This document shows, in pieces, positions 23,755 through 37,841 of a stretch of 64,000 nt of DNA (the first letter of the stretch is position 1; every line of letters starts with the position of its first letter). The notes under the pieces were generated by a model. The model saw only the letters and a program-made list of their open reading frames with translations. It had not been told where the DNA came from and made no database searches. The stretch lies in assembly GCF_009914755.1 (NCBI RefSeq), contig NC_060935.1; one strand, written 5' to 3'. A program made the translations under genes and the position numbers. Origin of the DNA: the human T2T-CHM13v2.0 reference genome, Homo sapiens.

Positions 23755-24365
23755 GCTGGGTGCAGTGGCGCACACCTGTAACCCCAAGACTTTGGGAGGC
23801 TGAGGAGGAAGGATTACTTGAGACCATCCTGGGAAAGCATAACAAGATATCATACCTACAAAGTTTTTTTTTTTTTTTTTTGAGACGGAGTCTCGCTCTG
23901 TTGCCCAGGATGGAGTGCAGTGGCGCTATCTTGGCTCACTGCAAGCTCCGCCTCCCGGGAGACTGCAAGTTCAGCCTCCCAAGTAGCTGGATCTACAGGC
24001 GCCCGCCACCACGACCGGCTAATTTTTTTGTATTTTTAGTAGAGACAGGGTTTCACCATGTTAGCTAGGATGGTCTTGATCTCCTGACCTCGTGATGTGC
24101 CCGCCTCGGCCTCCCAAAGTGCTGGGATTACTGGCGTGAGCCACCGCGCCCGGCCACAAAAAAAATTTTTAAATAAAAATTAGCCAGCTATAAGTGGCAC
24201 ATGCCTATAGTCCTAGCTATTCAGGAGGCTAAGGCAGGGGGGTCACTTGAGCCCAGGAGTTCGAGGCTGCAATGAGCTGTAATTGTGCCAATGCACTCCA
24301 GCCATGACTACAGAGCAAGACCCTACCAGTAAAAACAAAACAAAACAAACAACAACAACAAAACA
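23755..24365 (+). mobile_element. AluJ split at its central linker by an AluY
   Basis: Left arm 23755-23863; linker and right arm 24156-~24330; (CAAAA)/(CAA) tail. Confidence 0.85.
23864..24155 (-). mobile_element. AluY
   Basis: Y diagnostics gcaagctccgcc and aggatggtcttgatctcctgacctcgtga; CpG-rich. Confidence 0.9.
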
Positions 24366-24464
24366 GAAAGAATGTGTATTAATACAAGCATCAACATAAA
24401 AATAGTTAATAAAAACAATTTTCCGTAGTCACGTACAACATAAATATTTTAAAGTCAGTAGAAA

Positions 24465-25070
24465 ACCATCATACATTGTTAGTAGGAATGTAAAACAGTA
24501 TAGCCCTTTTGGAAAATAGTTTGGTAATTTCTCAAAAAGTTAAACATAATATTACTGTATAACCCAACAATTCCACTCCTATGTATCTGCCCCAGAGAAA
24601 TGAAAACATGTCCACACAAAGACTTCATGTTCACAGTAACATTATTCATAATACTCCAAAACTGGAAAGAATCTAAATGTCCATCACTGGTAAATGAATA
24701 GAGGAAATGTGGTATAACCATACAGTGAAATATTATTCAGCAGTAAAAACAAAATACTGACGCACACTACATCATAGATGAACCTTGCTAAGTGAAAGCA
24801 AGCCAGACACAAGAAACTACATATAGCAAGATTTCGTTTACATGAATTGTTCAGAAAATCTATAGGGATAGAAAGTAGACTGGTGTTGCCCTGGGGGTAG
24901 GGGCTGGGATTCACTATAAATAAGTATAAAATATATCTTCAGAGAATGAAAATATTCTAAAACTAGTTTACGGTAGTAGTTGGACCACTCACTAAATGTC
25001 ACCAAACATCATTGAACACTTGAAATGGATATAATACTACAAAATATGACTCAATAAGGTTGTTAAAAAT
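24465..25070 (+). mobile_element. L1MB/L1ME 3' end
   Basis: ORF2 C-terminal and 3'UTR motifs (ccagagaaatgaaaacatgtccacacaaagac). Confidence 0.7.
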
Positions 25071-25924
25071 TAGCCAATAGATTCCTAATATACAAACAAT
25101 AATCAAGTAAAATAAAGATAGAAGAAAGCATTCCATTCACAACTACAGAAAGTCATAAAGTATCTAGCAATAATATAACCAGAAATGTTTGGTACTTATA
25201 GGAAACTACAAAATTTTACTAATAAACATTAAATCTTGAATAAAAGGAGAGAGCTTTTTTTTAAAAGTATATTGCACCATCATACATATTTCCTAATTTA
25301 CACTGTAAATTTAATATATTCGCAATCAAAATCTCAACAGCATTTTTAAGAGAAGAAACCTTAAAAATGATTGTTAACTTTATCTAAAATTATAAACATA
25401 TGAAAATAATCAGGAAAATCTTTAAAAAGAAGAGCAAGAAATGGGAACATACCCTACAGTACTATATTATCATAAAACTACAATCCTTACAACAGTACAA
25501 TAGAATTTACAGATGTATCAATAGAACAGAATTAAAAGCTAATAAATTAGCAAATAAATATGCAAGTTCAATATCTTACAAACCAAATTTCAAAGGAACG
25601 GAAAAATATGAAATATTCAATATGTGGTGTTTGGACCCATGTCAAGTCATTTGGAAAAACATAAAGCGTGATTCTGACCTCACTTCTTATACCGAAATAA
25701 AATCCAGATGGATGATACTTTTAGAATAGCTGAATGAGAAAGGCTTTAAGCATTTCACAAAGATTAATGTCTATAGAGAAAGGGATTATAAATTGGATTG
25801 CATTTTAGTTAATAGTATTTGAGAGCTCACTTTATACCAGGCACTTTTCTGAGCATTTTATTTAACCTAAGATTAAATGCAAGTAATGTATTTAATCCAC
25901 ACAATCAACTTGACCTATTTACTG

Positions 25925-26508
25925 TTCCTCCTCATAGTCTCTCAGCCTCACCTGTCTCCTGGACTCAGCCATTTGCTCTGCTTCACTCAGCATCTCAGGC
26001 AAAGGACACACCCTTCTGCTGCTTGAGGCTGAGCAGCCACTTATCTGGAGTCTCTGGCCCCTCCTACAATCTCCAGACCCAGATGAAATGCCACTCCACA
26101 GAAGTGGCTACACATAGCTGCCAAAAAGCCTGATAATGCAACCCACAGTGTGGAAAAGTTAACTCCTATTGGGGAAAATTTTGACTAGTAAAAGACAGGA
26201 AGCAGAAGGATAAAATCTCTCCTTCCTCCTGCCCACTGACTGTGCTGAGACATAGATGGCCATGCAGCCTGTCTGGAGGCTTCATGCATGGCTGAGTGAC
26301 TGACTCACCTGCTGAGACGCAGTTATGTGTTTGTAGTCATGACAGTAGCCAGTGCAGAAAGGCTTTACCCTACATTGCTTCCCACACTTTACCACCTCCC
26401 TTTTCTTTTCATCCTTTCTTGCTGCCCTGGGATCACATCTCTCACCTAAAGCATTAGCACTTAATCCTTGTCCCAGTGTTTGCATTTTAGGGAATCTAGA
26501 GTAGGACA
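25925..26508 (+). mobile_element. Old ERVL LTR (LTR16/LTR40/LTR41-like)
   Basis: 3' end aatccttgtcccagtgtttgcattttagggaatctagagtaggaca. Confidence 0.5.
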
Positions 26509-26702
26509 TCCAATTTTTCTGATAAGGACACTAATTCACAGACAAGTAAAGAAACCAGTTAAAGATCATTCAGCCATTAAGCTTGGTTTTGAATACAAGG
26601 AAACTCATTAATCTTATACAGTGTAACTACAAAAATAAAAACCCAGCAGCAAACTGTGAACTATGGAATGCTATTTTTGGGAACAAGAGTAAGACAAGAC
26701 AG

Positions 26703-27003
26703 GGCCGGGCACAATGGCTCACACCTGTAATCCCAGCACTTTGAGAGGCCGAGGCAGGCGGATCATGAGGTCAGGAGATCCAGACCATCCTGGCCAACAT
26801 GATGAAACCCTGTTTCTACTAAAAAATACAAAAAATTAGCCAGGTGTGGTGGCACGTGCCTGTAGTCCCAGCTACTCAGGAGGCTGAGGCAAGAGAATCG
26901 CTTGAACACGGGAGGCGGAAGTTGCAGTGAGCTGAGATTATGCCACTGCACTCCAGCCTGGGCGAGAGCAAGACTCCATCTCAAAAAAAAAAAGAAAAAA
27001 AAA
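26703..27003 (+). mobile_element. AluSc-like
   Basis: ggatcatgaggtcaggagatccagaccatcctggcc; TSD agtaagacaagac at 26688-26700 and 27004-27016. Confidence 0.92.
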
Positions 27004-27996
27004 AGTAAGACAAGACTGCCCACTATTATCATCTCTCTTCAGTATTAGATTGTTATACTATTATACTATGATACTAGAAATCCTAGCATAATGGCAAACA
27101 AAAGAAACAGAACTGATTTTACTCACAGATGTTTTGATTATATATGTAGGTGATTTTTAAATCCATAAATGAATTATTAGAATAAACTTGAAATATAAAA
27201 TGTTGCTGAATACAAGGGCAATATACAACTCTCAATTATATTTTTATATATCGCAACAAGACACAAAAACACAAATACTGCTTTTAACTGCATTTAAAAT
27301 ACCCAGGAATATATCTTACAGTAACTCTGCAAAACACTCACAAAACTATAAAACATTATCAAGAGAAATCAATAAGGATTCCAAAAATGAAGATACAAAT
27401 CACATTAATAGATTGTAAGATCCAATTTTATTATGTCATTTCTCAAATTGATCTATAGATTCAAAGCAATCCCAATCAAAGTCCTAGCAAGTTTTTTGTT
27501 TGGAGGAAGTGGATTTTGAGTGTGTGAAATGTGTGCCAAGGGCCAAGAATAACCAAAAATGTCCTTGAAGAAGAAGAAATGGAGAGGAAGTTGTTCTAAC
27601 AGATGTTAAGCTACAGGAAACTCAGTAGAGTACTGGTACAAAGGTTGACAAAAATGAAAAAGACACAGGCATAAGGTGAAAGATGCCATTGGACCTTACT
27701 TTACACCATAACTAAAATCAACTCTAGGGAGATTAAAGGTAAAATGAGAAGGAGAAAACTATGTAACTTTTAGAAATTAATATATCTTCATTATCTCACA
27801 GCTGGAAATAATTTCTTTAAAAAGATGCAAAAAGAAAAAAAAAGCCGTAGAGAAAAAGGTAGATAAATTCGACTTCCTTAAAAGCTAGAACTGCAGTTAA
27901 TCAAAGAGAACTATAAAGAGAGGGAAAAACCAAGCAACAAATCAGGAGAAGCTATTTGCAACACGTATAACTGGCAAAGGTCTTCTACTTAGAACA

Positions 27997-28167
27997 CCAT
28001 AGTTTTTGTATCTAAGACAAACAGTTTTCCACATTTTACCATCATGGACGTTGGGGTGCATCTTATGATCACTGGCAGGTTACAACGTAATTGAAAATGT
28101 TTTTGTTCTTAATGTAATACAGTGGTACATTTTTAATGATGGCATCTTAGATTTGATGAAAAACTGC
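27997..28167. mobile_element. MER104-like Tc2 MITE
   Basis: ~170 bp ending gatggcatcttagatttgatgaaaaactg; interrupts the L1 motif agaa/tataaagaac. Confidence 0.65.
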
Positions 28168-30107
28168 ATATAAAGAACACTGAAGAATCCTTAAGTAAAA
28201 GACAATTCAAGACCAAAAATGGACAAATGACTTAACAGGAATTTCATGAGAGAGGAAACCAAAATGGTCAATAATTACGTTAAAAAAAATAGCCTCATTA
28301 GGATCAGATAAATGCAAATTAAAGCTATAATGATATATGAAGGCAAAAATTTTTAAGCCTGGCAATACCAAGTATTAGCAAACATTTAAAGAAATAGGAT
28401 CCTCTCATCCATCATGGATCAGAAAGTAAATTGGTAAATCATTCTAGAGTACAATTTGCATTACCTAGTAAAGATTAACACATCCAAATCCTGTGATTCA
28501 ATAACCCCTCTCCTAGGTATACATCATAAGAAAACTTCAATATACTTACACCAGATACATGTATGTGTGTGTGTACGTATTTAAAATAGCATCATTAAAA
28601 ATATCAAAAAACTAAAAATGACACAAATGTTCATCAAAAATCCACTGGCTAAACAAACTGATTTCTATCACTGCAATGGAATATTATGCATCAATAAAAA
28701 TGAATGAACTACAGCTATGTGCAGTAAAATTAATATATCTCATTCTCAAAGCTGAATGAAAGAAAGTTACAAAAATGCATTCAGAATGATTGATTTCATA
28801 TAAGTTCAAAACAGTCAAAACTGAACAAAAGATTATTTAGGAATACATAGATACGCGGTGTAAGTATGAAGAAAAGCAAGACAACGGTTGTCACAAAAGT
28901 CAAGGTCATCGTTTCCTATGTTATAGGAGTAAGTACTTGTGATTATGAAGGGGCACAGCAACTTTCAAAGGTGCAGGCAATTTTCTGTTTCATACTCTAA
29001 GTAGAGATTGCACCAGTGTTCATTTAGTTATAATTTGTATGCATCCATTTATATAATCTTCTGTAGGTATACCATATCACATTTTTTTAAATGAAAAGAG
29101 TTGCAGAGCAATATGATCTCATTTAATTTTCATATTTATATGTTAAGTACATATAGGTAGAAAAACTCTCAACTGTTTTACTTATGGGATATTACCTCTG
29201 GGGTTTGGGGTTGTGAGTGTGTAAGAGATTTGTAGTCTGTGTTATGTGAATTTTTACAATAAGCACATATGACTTTGTAATCAATTAAAACAAGTAAGAC
29301 ATTTAATCAACTAGGAGAAGCATGCCAGGTAAAACACACCACTTACTGAGACTGGCCAACTTCACCCAGATAATTTGAATTGAACATTTCTATAAAATTT
29401 TATATTCCTTGCCCTACTGCCTGGGTTGCTATGAATCAGATTTCAAAGATAATTAAAGCCTTTAAGGAAAACCGATTCTACAAGCACAGCCAAAATTGTA
29501 AGGTGTTGACAGTAATTCTAACTACAGTCGCACCATCACATCATTTCACAATTCACCTTTACCTCTTATAAATAATTCTCAGCTTCTTTAGACAACATCC
29601 CAGAGCCTCTTCCAAATATAACAAGAGTCAAAAACGTTCCAAAATGTACACAACTGTCTTGTAGCTTTCCATAGAGAGAAGGCAGTGGTCATGCAGTAGC
29701 GGCGCAGTGGCAGGGTGTGACGAGTGTTCGATTTGTAACATACATTACGCCTCACGCAACACCTCCAAGTTTAAAAGACAAAAGAATCCCAGTATCTCAT
29801 CTCTAACTACTTTATATACTAATGGGGTTTTGTTAGACCTCAAAAAATGTTTACCAATTGAGTTTATATTAATATTATCTAATTTCTATTTCACAATTTT
29901 ATTCTCATAAGCATTTAAACCATTTTTTTCTATACCAAACATTTCTATTTGCAAAATACCAAAACCCCATTCTCCAGCTCCCTGAATGCTAACTACCCCA
30001 AATAACAGAGGGCAGCAACCACAGGGAACTACAGCTTTAATCTGTACTGTTCTTTGGCTTTTGACATTTGGCTCTGATCTTGGCCCCTTTCCCAGGGATT
30101 AAAGCAG

Positions 30108-30503
30108 TAGTAGTGTGCTGACAAACATCTGACAACCAGCTTTCAGAAATGGGAGGACTGATATGTAGTGCTTGCCAATTTCCACGGTGTAAACATTGGA
30201 CGATGGACAATTTCAAGCTACCTTCCCAACACAGAAGTGGGAAGAGATGCACAGTAGCATACCACTATATAGTATTTCTACCATTCAGTTTCAGCAGACG
30301 TAACTCAAGAGCATAAATAATAGTGAAATGTAATAAAATCATTAGGAAGTAATAAGTTTTAAGTATTTGTTACCTTTGCTTTTAATATACTTTTAAATTA
30401 CAGGTTTATAAAAGTTAATGTTTAATAATGACTATATCTAATAACCAGCTTGCAAAATTCCTAAAAATTTAACAATCAGCTCTTAAGAGCTGGCACACCA
30501 GTG
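30108..30503. mobile_element. MER63B-like hAT element
   Basis: tagtagtgtgctg...gcacaccagtg TIRs; internal gggaagagatgcacagtagcataccactatatagtatttc. Confidence 0.75.
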
Positions 30504-30829
30504 GCTTTGACCTGCCAAACTTCCTCCTGGTTCCAATTCGGACTTAACTTCCCGTAAAGACCTCTCTTGGCTCTTTGCAGCTGAGAGATATATATTCCAC
30601 TGTGGGCTTCCTTGGGGGCTGCCACACCCCTGCACAAACAGGTGCCTGCTTTACTTACCTTTTGCCCAGGAAGGAACATTCCCTGAAGACTTTGTGCTAT
30701 TCACAGCTTAGGTCTTCACCCTTGAGTTAGAAAAAAGAAAAAAAAAAGCCTATTAAATTAAACTTAAAACTAGTTATTTAGAAGTTATAATAGTTACATT
30801 GCTTAATAAAGACAGAAAGACATCAATCC

Positions 30830-31000
30830 TAATCTTTGCTCCACTACTTATGAAATATAGGACATCATTCACCATCTGAGTTTCAGCGTCCTCATCAGTA
30901 AAATGGGAATAACCTTATAGGTGGTTGTGAGGATTAAATGTCTGTAAAACAGCACAGTGTTTGGCATGGGATAGTATTCAACAAATGGTAGTTGTTATTA
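30830..31000 (+). mobile_element. MIR SINE
   Basis: cctcatcagtaaaatgggaataa...gtggttgtgaggattaaatg. Confidence 0.75.
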
Positions 31001-31214
31001 TGTTTTAAATGCCACTTTTATGGGTTACATATGTGATGCAACTTTTGAAAGTTTAGAATAATATCAACTCCTGACTGACCAGCTCATTATCAAAGCAAAA
31101 TGCCTTCCAGAAATCACATTTCTATACTCACACTCAAATGTTAACATCAGGAATATGTTCTCTGGCCACCAAAACACCCAATCTGCTTTTTTATGCTAAT
31201 GACCTGGAGAGGTG

Positions 31215-31600
31215 CATCCAGGCATGGCAAACACCATATTTAACAAAGTAGACACCATTTTCACCCTCATGGAACTTAGAGCCTAGCGGGGACAGGGACA
31301 TAGAACATAATCACACAAATATAAGTTCGCATTGTTATAAGTGCCAGGAAGAGCAAGGAAGAGATGTTATAAGAAATTATTTCAGGCAGACCTTATCTAG
31401 TCTAGGGTGTTAGGGAGCTTTCTGTTAATAAGAGACATTTAAGCTAAGATCTAAATGATGAGGAGTTAACCAGACACAGAGTATGGGGGAACACATTCCA
31501 TGGTAAGGCATCAGCCTTTGTTTAGGCCTTGAAGTGGGAGAGAGCATGGTGTGGTCGGCACACTGAGAAAAGAAGCTACACAGGGCAATAAGTGTAGGAG
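31215..31600 (-). mobile_element. L2 fragment
   Basis: ccctcatggaacttagagcctagcgggg...gacatttaagctaagatctaaatgatgagga. Confidence 0.65.
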
Positions 31601-32043
31601 GAAAACTGCGTTTGTTATTGATGTAAACTCGACTTGTTACTCCCCCCTTATTCTCCCCTACCGCATCTCTCTAGCTCTAAGAGGTGGATCCTATACCTAG
31701 AGAGCCCCTTGTGATTCATTTGATTGTCTACGTTTAGAGGTAGTGGTTGGGATCAAGTTTAATTAATTGCTCAGCATATTAAAGGCTGACTCAGAGGAGA
31801 AGCTGAGAGCCAGCAAGGCTGCATACTGCACTGGGGAAGGTAGTTGCAGCAAACAGGAAATACTTGCTGAAGATCAGAGGCTAGTGAAGGTATTTAACTC
31901 CCTGTCACTCTGCCTCCAGCTAGGTCTCTAGCAGCAGCTGCATCTCCACTGTGATTTCAGATCCTACCAGCCCCTCTCACCTTGGTCCCAGCTCCCATCG
32001 GGAAACCCTGGCCACAGGGCTAGCTACCACTCAGTGACACTGA

Positions 32044-32598
<555 letters not shown>

Positions 32599-35500
32599 AG
32601 GAAGACCATCCTCTAAGTAACAAATAGCCTATATTAAATTCCCTCTGATTGAAATATCTAGATGATTTCTGTCTTCTGACAGGATCCTGACAGTTTTCAT
32701 GTTCACACTGTTCACTTATTTTCAATGTTTATTACCTGTTCTATTGTACTACAATTTTAACATTCTTGAATTAATTTAGATTCTACTAGATTCTAGAATC
32801 TAATGATTTAGATTCTAGATTAGTGTTCACAGAACTCTACCGTTTCTACCACAATGTTTTTCCTTGAACAGTTATTCATTTCCAGATCCCTCACCTGGTT
32901 TCTCTGACCATTACTTGGTTCACATTTTTTCCTTCAAAACTATGCAGAATTGTTCTATTTTCTTAAGTTATTCAGTGTTGCCAATGAGAAGTCTGATTTT
33001 TGTTTCTTGATAATGTGTTGCTGTTGGTTTTGGTTGTGTTTTGTGATTTTTTTGCATGAATTTTTACAGAACTTTTTGTCTTCCTTAAACTTTAAAAAAA
33101 TGTCATCAGCAATATATAAAAGTCACCTGGAAAATACCAAATCACGTTAATCTCTAAACACTGGCCTTTTCTTCTACTAAAGAACAGTTTGTTTTATTAA
33201 AACTTAGATATTTTTGTTTCATTCCAATCTTTTCTTCAGGAAATTTCATTTTATAAAATCATGTCCAAAATGGACATGAATATTAGTCTTGCTTTTGGAA
33301 TTGACTTTCAAACTCTTTTCATCTCACACCATTTCTGTTTCAGGCTCACCTGTCCTTTTTCAGAGATACCATGACTTTTTGCATTTTATTGAAAAAAGCA
33401 AATGTTTTCCAAAATATTTTCTGACTTCTGTAGCAAGTAATTTTTAGAGTTATGATTTCCCTTTGAGCCTAGAGAATAATTTTCCATTTCCTTTATGCTA
33501 TAGTAATTTTTATAGGGCACTTTTAAAAAACCTATTGACTTATCCTTGTACAAAGACCACCTTATGCCAACAGGTAGAGGCCATGGCATCTCCTTGGTTT
33601 CTCTCTGTCCCTTTGGGTGCTGAAGTATTCTTTTATAAGATTTAGACTTAAAGTAGGAGTGGATATGCATGGCCCCTAGTCCTAGGCTGGGTAGGTAATT
33701 ATCCTTCTTGACTCATCAGGGCTGAGGAGAACTCTCCTCTCACTGACTTTGGGGCTAGATGCATTTGTTGGTTCTTTTATTATATAGAGCATAAAGACCC
33801 CATCCTTTTTCTCCTGCCTCTTCCTTCATCACTACCCCATCTCTACCTACTGCACTGTTCCCAGAACTCTACCATTTCTACCAGAATGCTTTTCCTTGGA
33901 TAGCTACTTTCTAGATGCAATGCATCACATGTTCTGTGAGTTGTAGCTTCTGATTATGTGTGGAGAAAAATTATGAAAATGAGAGGCTAGGACTTCTATC
34001 AAGCTAAAAAATATCCAAATGCAGAAGAGATGTTGCTGCATAAGGTTTGTCAATATTTCGGATCAATTTACATCCCTGCTTCCCAAAAGGGAGTTCCATG
34101 GTTTCTATATAACAGTATTATCCAGGATGGACATATTTATCAATAGTAGAGCTGGAAAAAATTCCCCTTCAGACTTTGGCATATGGTCCTTTCTGTAGCA
34201 TCCAGTGTTTGAGGTTTTGCATGTCTTCATGGATACATTAAGGGAAAAATATCAGAGAATATATTGGGCCCTGTTAATCTACTGCCATAGTAACAACAAT
34301 AAAAGCTAACATTTGTTCAGTGTTTACTGCCTGCCAGGCACTATGCTTAGAGTGCTCGCTGTATATTTTACCTCATATTTAATCCAGTTCTTTGCTAATA
34401 TGGATGTTGGAAGCACCCTCCCTTTCTCAGACTTCAGGTTTTCCTGTAGATTAAGGATCTTCACTACAGCAAACTCTTAGCCTCTTGCTCACCCCTCATT
34501 CTCCCTGGGAGAGTCGCTCAACCCATTGGTTAGTTGGGAAGAAGAAACTAGATGCACTTGGCTCAGCCACGTCTAAAGCCACTCTTTGACCTGAATGCAT
34601 TCGAGTCTTCCTGCTGAGTAAGCTTCGTGGAGCACATTTTCCTCCTAAAAGGGGCCTGTAGTTTCCATTTCTGCCAGTGCCTAGTGACTATGTTCATTAC
34701 TGGGGTGTAGAATTAGGAAGCCCATCATTTCTAAGCATCCAAGTTTTTCAATACAGTTTTATAAGTAGTAACATGACATTTTTATACTTATCTCTCTAAT
34801 TTCCACCCTTTCAATTAGTTCCAAGTCTAAATGAGGAAGACAGGAAATTTTTTGTTGGTCCCTTAAAGTTTCCAAGGTAGCTATTACTAGCATCTCCATT
34901 TTAAGTTGTGTAAACGCAAGCACCTGAACCAACTTATCCAAGGTTCATCCAACTCATCAATGACAGAGCATGGATTCTCACTCAGAGTTCTGCCTAGCTA
35001 TAGAGCAAATATTTGATTATCACACCAAGCTAATCATCACTTCACCACTTCCCACAGCGATCTTCACAAAACCTCATCACAGTTTGAAGATGCCATTAGT
35101 GTTAACACCATCTGAGGAAAAGCCAACCTATCCTTCAACTCTCCTCTGCCCAGTTCTCCCAGGTAGAGTTAGAGGCTCCATGCTCTGTGTTCTTTGTACA
35201 GTCTTTTGTTGAAGACCAAAGGTTTGTTCAGCAAATCAAAGGTTTACATATTCATTTCTCTCTCTAAACTTAGCATTCAGCACTGCATAGATGCCAGTTC
35301 AATTTTTTGTTAAATTGTTCATAGGAACAAATAAACTAACACCAACTTATCCAAAGCAGCTACTTTATGCACAAGGTCTACACTGATTCCAGGACAGACA
35401 TAATTGCACTCCAGCAATATTTAAGCTGCAGGGCTTGCCTTTATTCCATTTGGTTTGGTGCTTTTTCTTTTTGGTTTTAGGTTTTTAAAGTTCCCTCTAC

Positions 35501-35659
35501 CCTTGCTTTTAGAAAATATCGTGTGATAAGTCAGTTAATTGACAATATATATGATGTCCATTAGCCATTAGCAGTATTTCGCTGCACGTGGCACCTGGTT
35601 TAATCTTACCCTGAATTGCTACAGGAAACCAAAGTAATTACATTAACAGAACATGAAAA

Positions 35660-35895
35660 TAGTAACAATTATAGCTACCATTTATCAGCACCCACCAGGT
35701 ACCAAATCCTGTGCTAAATGGCTTATGCATATTAGCTCTGAGTTATACAAGAAGCCTTTGAGTATTTTTATCCCCATTTTACAAATGAGAAAACTGAGGC
35801 TTAGTGAGGTAAAGATATTTGCCCCCTGCCACATCAGTAATTGGCAGAGCAGGAATTGAATCAGTGCTGTCCAGCTCCAGAGCTGGATCTCTTTC
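35660..35895 (-). mobile_element. MIR SINE
   Basis: atccccattttacaaatgagaaaactgaggcttagtgaggtaaag. Confidence 0.85.
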
Positions 35896-36499
35896 CTTCA
35901 TTCGGTGCCCTCTGGAATACCGTATATAGCAGCTGTTGTGGCGATTAGAAAAGATAATGGGTAGGAAAGTGCCTGGAAAACTCCACAGAGAACCAAGCAT
36001 GTAAGAGATTATGAAGACTTGTTGAGAGCTTTGGCAAGGGCACTGTGACAATAGCCCTAGGGAGGGGGAACAAATTGATCTGGCTGGAGTTTCGGGACAT
36101 TTCCCATTATCTAAGTGCTCTGAGTTCAGCATTTCTGAAATAGTGGAGCTGCAGACCCTCTTTCTTTGTGAACCAGTCCCCATGTCTGAGAACGAAGGCA
36201 GGAGAGGTTAGTTTGGCTTAAACCAGTCATTTTCTCTTGAGACAGATTAAAGGGTTGGGGGTGAAAAGTGGTGGTGTCCACGTGCTTTTGGGTCCCAGAC
36301 ATTGATTGATTCCGGACCCTACTCTGAGGGACAGCAGTAACTTACAACACATGCTGAAACTTTTTCCATTTAAAATGCATTTCAAAAACACAATAGGCCT
36401 GCATGTTTATTCTCTGAAATATAGAACAACAGAGCACGGATTGTTACATATGTTCTGAATGTTTCACCAGACTTCAGAGACACAGAAAGGCTTTTTGTT

Positions 36500-36790
36500 C
36501 TTTCATTCACCCAAACATTTAATGGATAATTTCTGTATGACGGGCATTGTGCTAGGCACCAAGGAACAAGACAGTGTCCCTGTTGTCAAAAACTAAAACT
36601 ACAGTAGGAGAGGCTGACCTATAAGCTAATTTTTAAAATATTACGATACAACATCGGTACAACAAGAGGAGTGTATACAAGATAAAGAAAATAGAATGAA
36701 AGAGAGAAATACTTTCTGCCTATGGAGAGTCCTTCCAAGAAGAGATGATGTCTGAGCTGGCTTTTGATGACCAAATAGGAATGTTAAGCT
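36500..36790 (-). mobile_element. L2 3' fragment
   Basis: ttcattcacccaaacatttaat...ggcattgtgctaggcacc. Confidence 0.65.
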
Positions 36791-37212
36791 CCACTCCTCT
36801 TATGTGCATTGTTCCCCACTCTTCATATAGATCTGGTGCTTGGAAACACACTAAAATATTTTTTAATAATTATTAAGCACATAACATATACAGAACACTA
36901 AGTTAATATCTGTGCACAAGTCAAAGAACAAGGTATGATTCTATCTATCTGTCTTACTTGTAAAAACAGATTCGAGAAAACAAGACATGATCCAAAATAA
37001 TAAAAGAATGAATAACAATAAGGAAAGCATTTAACATAACACTGGCTATAAAAGATCAAGCAAGGAAAATGCAAACCTGAATCGATAGGCAGATAATGGG
37101 TCAATAATATAACCTTAAGAAGCTAGAAAAAGAAGAGCAAATTATACCCCAAAAATATGTAAAAAGAAATAGTATAACCAAGAACAGAAAACAATAAAAT
37201 AAAAAACAGATA

Positions 37213-37230
37213 TTAGGGTTAAGGTTAGGG
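37213..37230 (+). repeat. Short interstitial telomeric repeat
   Basis: TTAGGG TTAAGG TTAGGG. Confidence 0.6.
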
Positions 37231-37317
37231 CAAAAGCAAAAGTTCGTTCTCTTAAATAATCAATATAATTATTAAAATCCTACATCAACTTCTCAAAAAT
37301 AAAAGAATACAGCCTGG

Positions 37318-37614
<297 letters not shown>

Positions 37615-37623
37615 AAAAGAATA

Positions 37624-37841
37624 CAGCCTGGGCAACATGGCAAGACCTACTCTACAAAAAATAAAAAAAAAATTAGCTGGGCATGATGGTGCACACCTGT
37701 GGCCCCAGCTACTAGAGACGCTGAGGCAGGAAGATTGGTTGAACCCAGTGGTTTGAGATTACAGTGAGGTATGATCATACCACTGCACTCCAGCCTGGGT
37801 GACAAAGACAGACCTGTCTCAGAAAAAATAAATAAATAAAT
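37624..37841 (+). mobile_element. 5'-truncated AluJ
   Basis: Starts at cagcctgggcaacatggcaagacc; TSD aaaagaata at 37301-37309 and 37842-37850. Confidence 0.85.

Larger units (their letters stand above)
26600..29290 (+). mobile_element. Ancient L1ME-like ORF2 and 3'UTR
   Basis: Degenerate ORF2 landmarks (gatctatagattcaaagcaatcccaatcaaa; cctaggtatacatc; aatgaatgaactacagcta). Confidence 0.65.
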
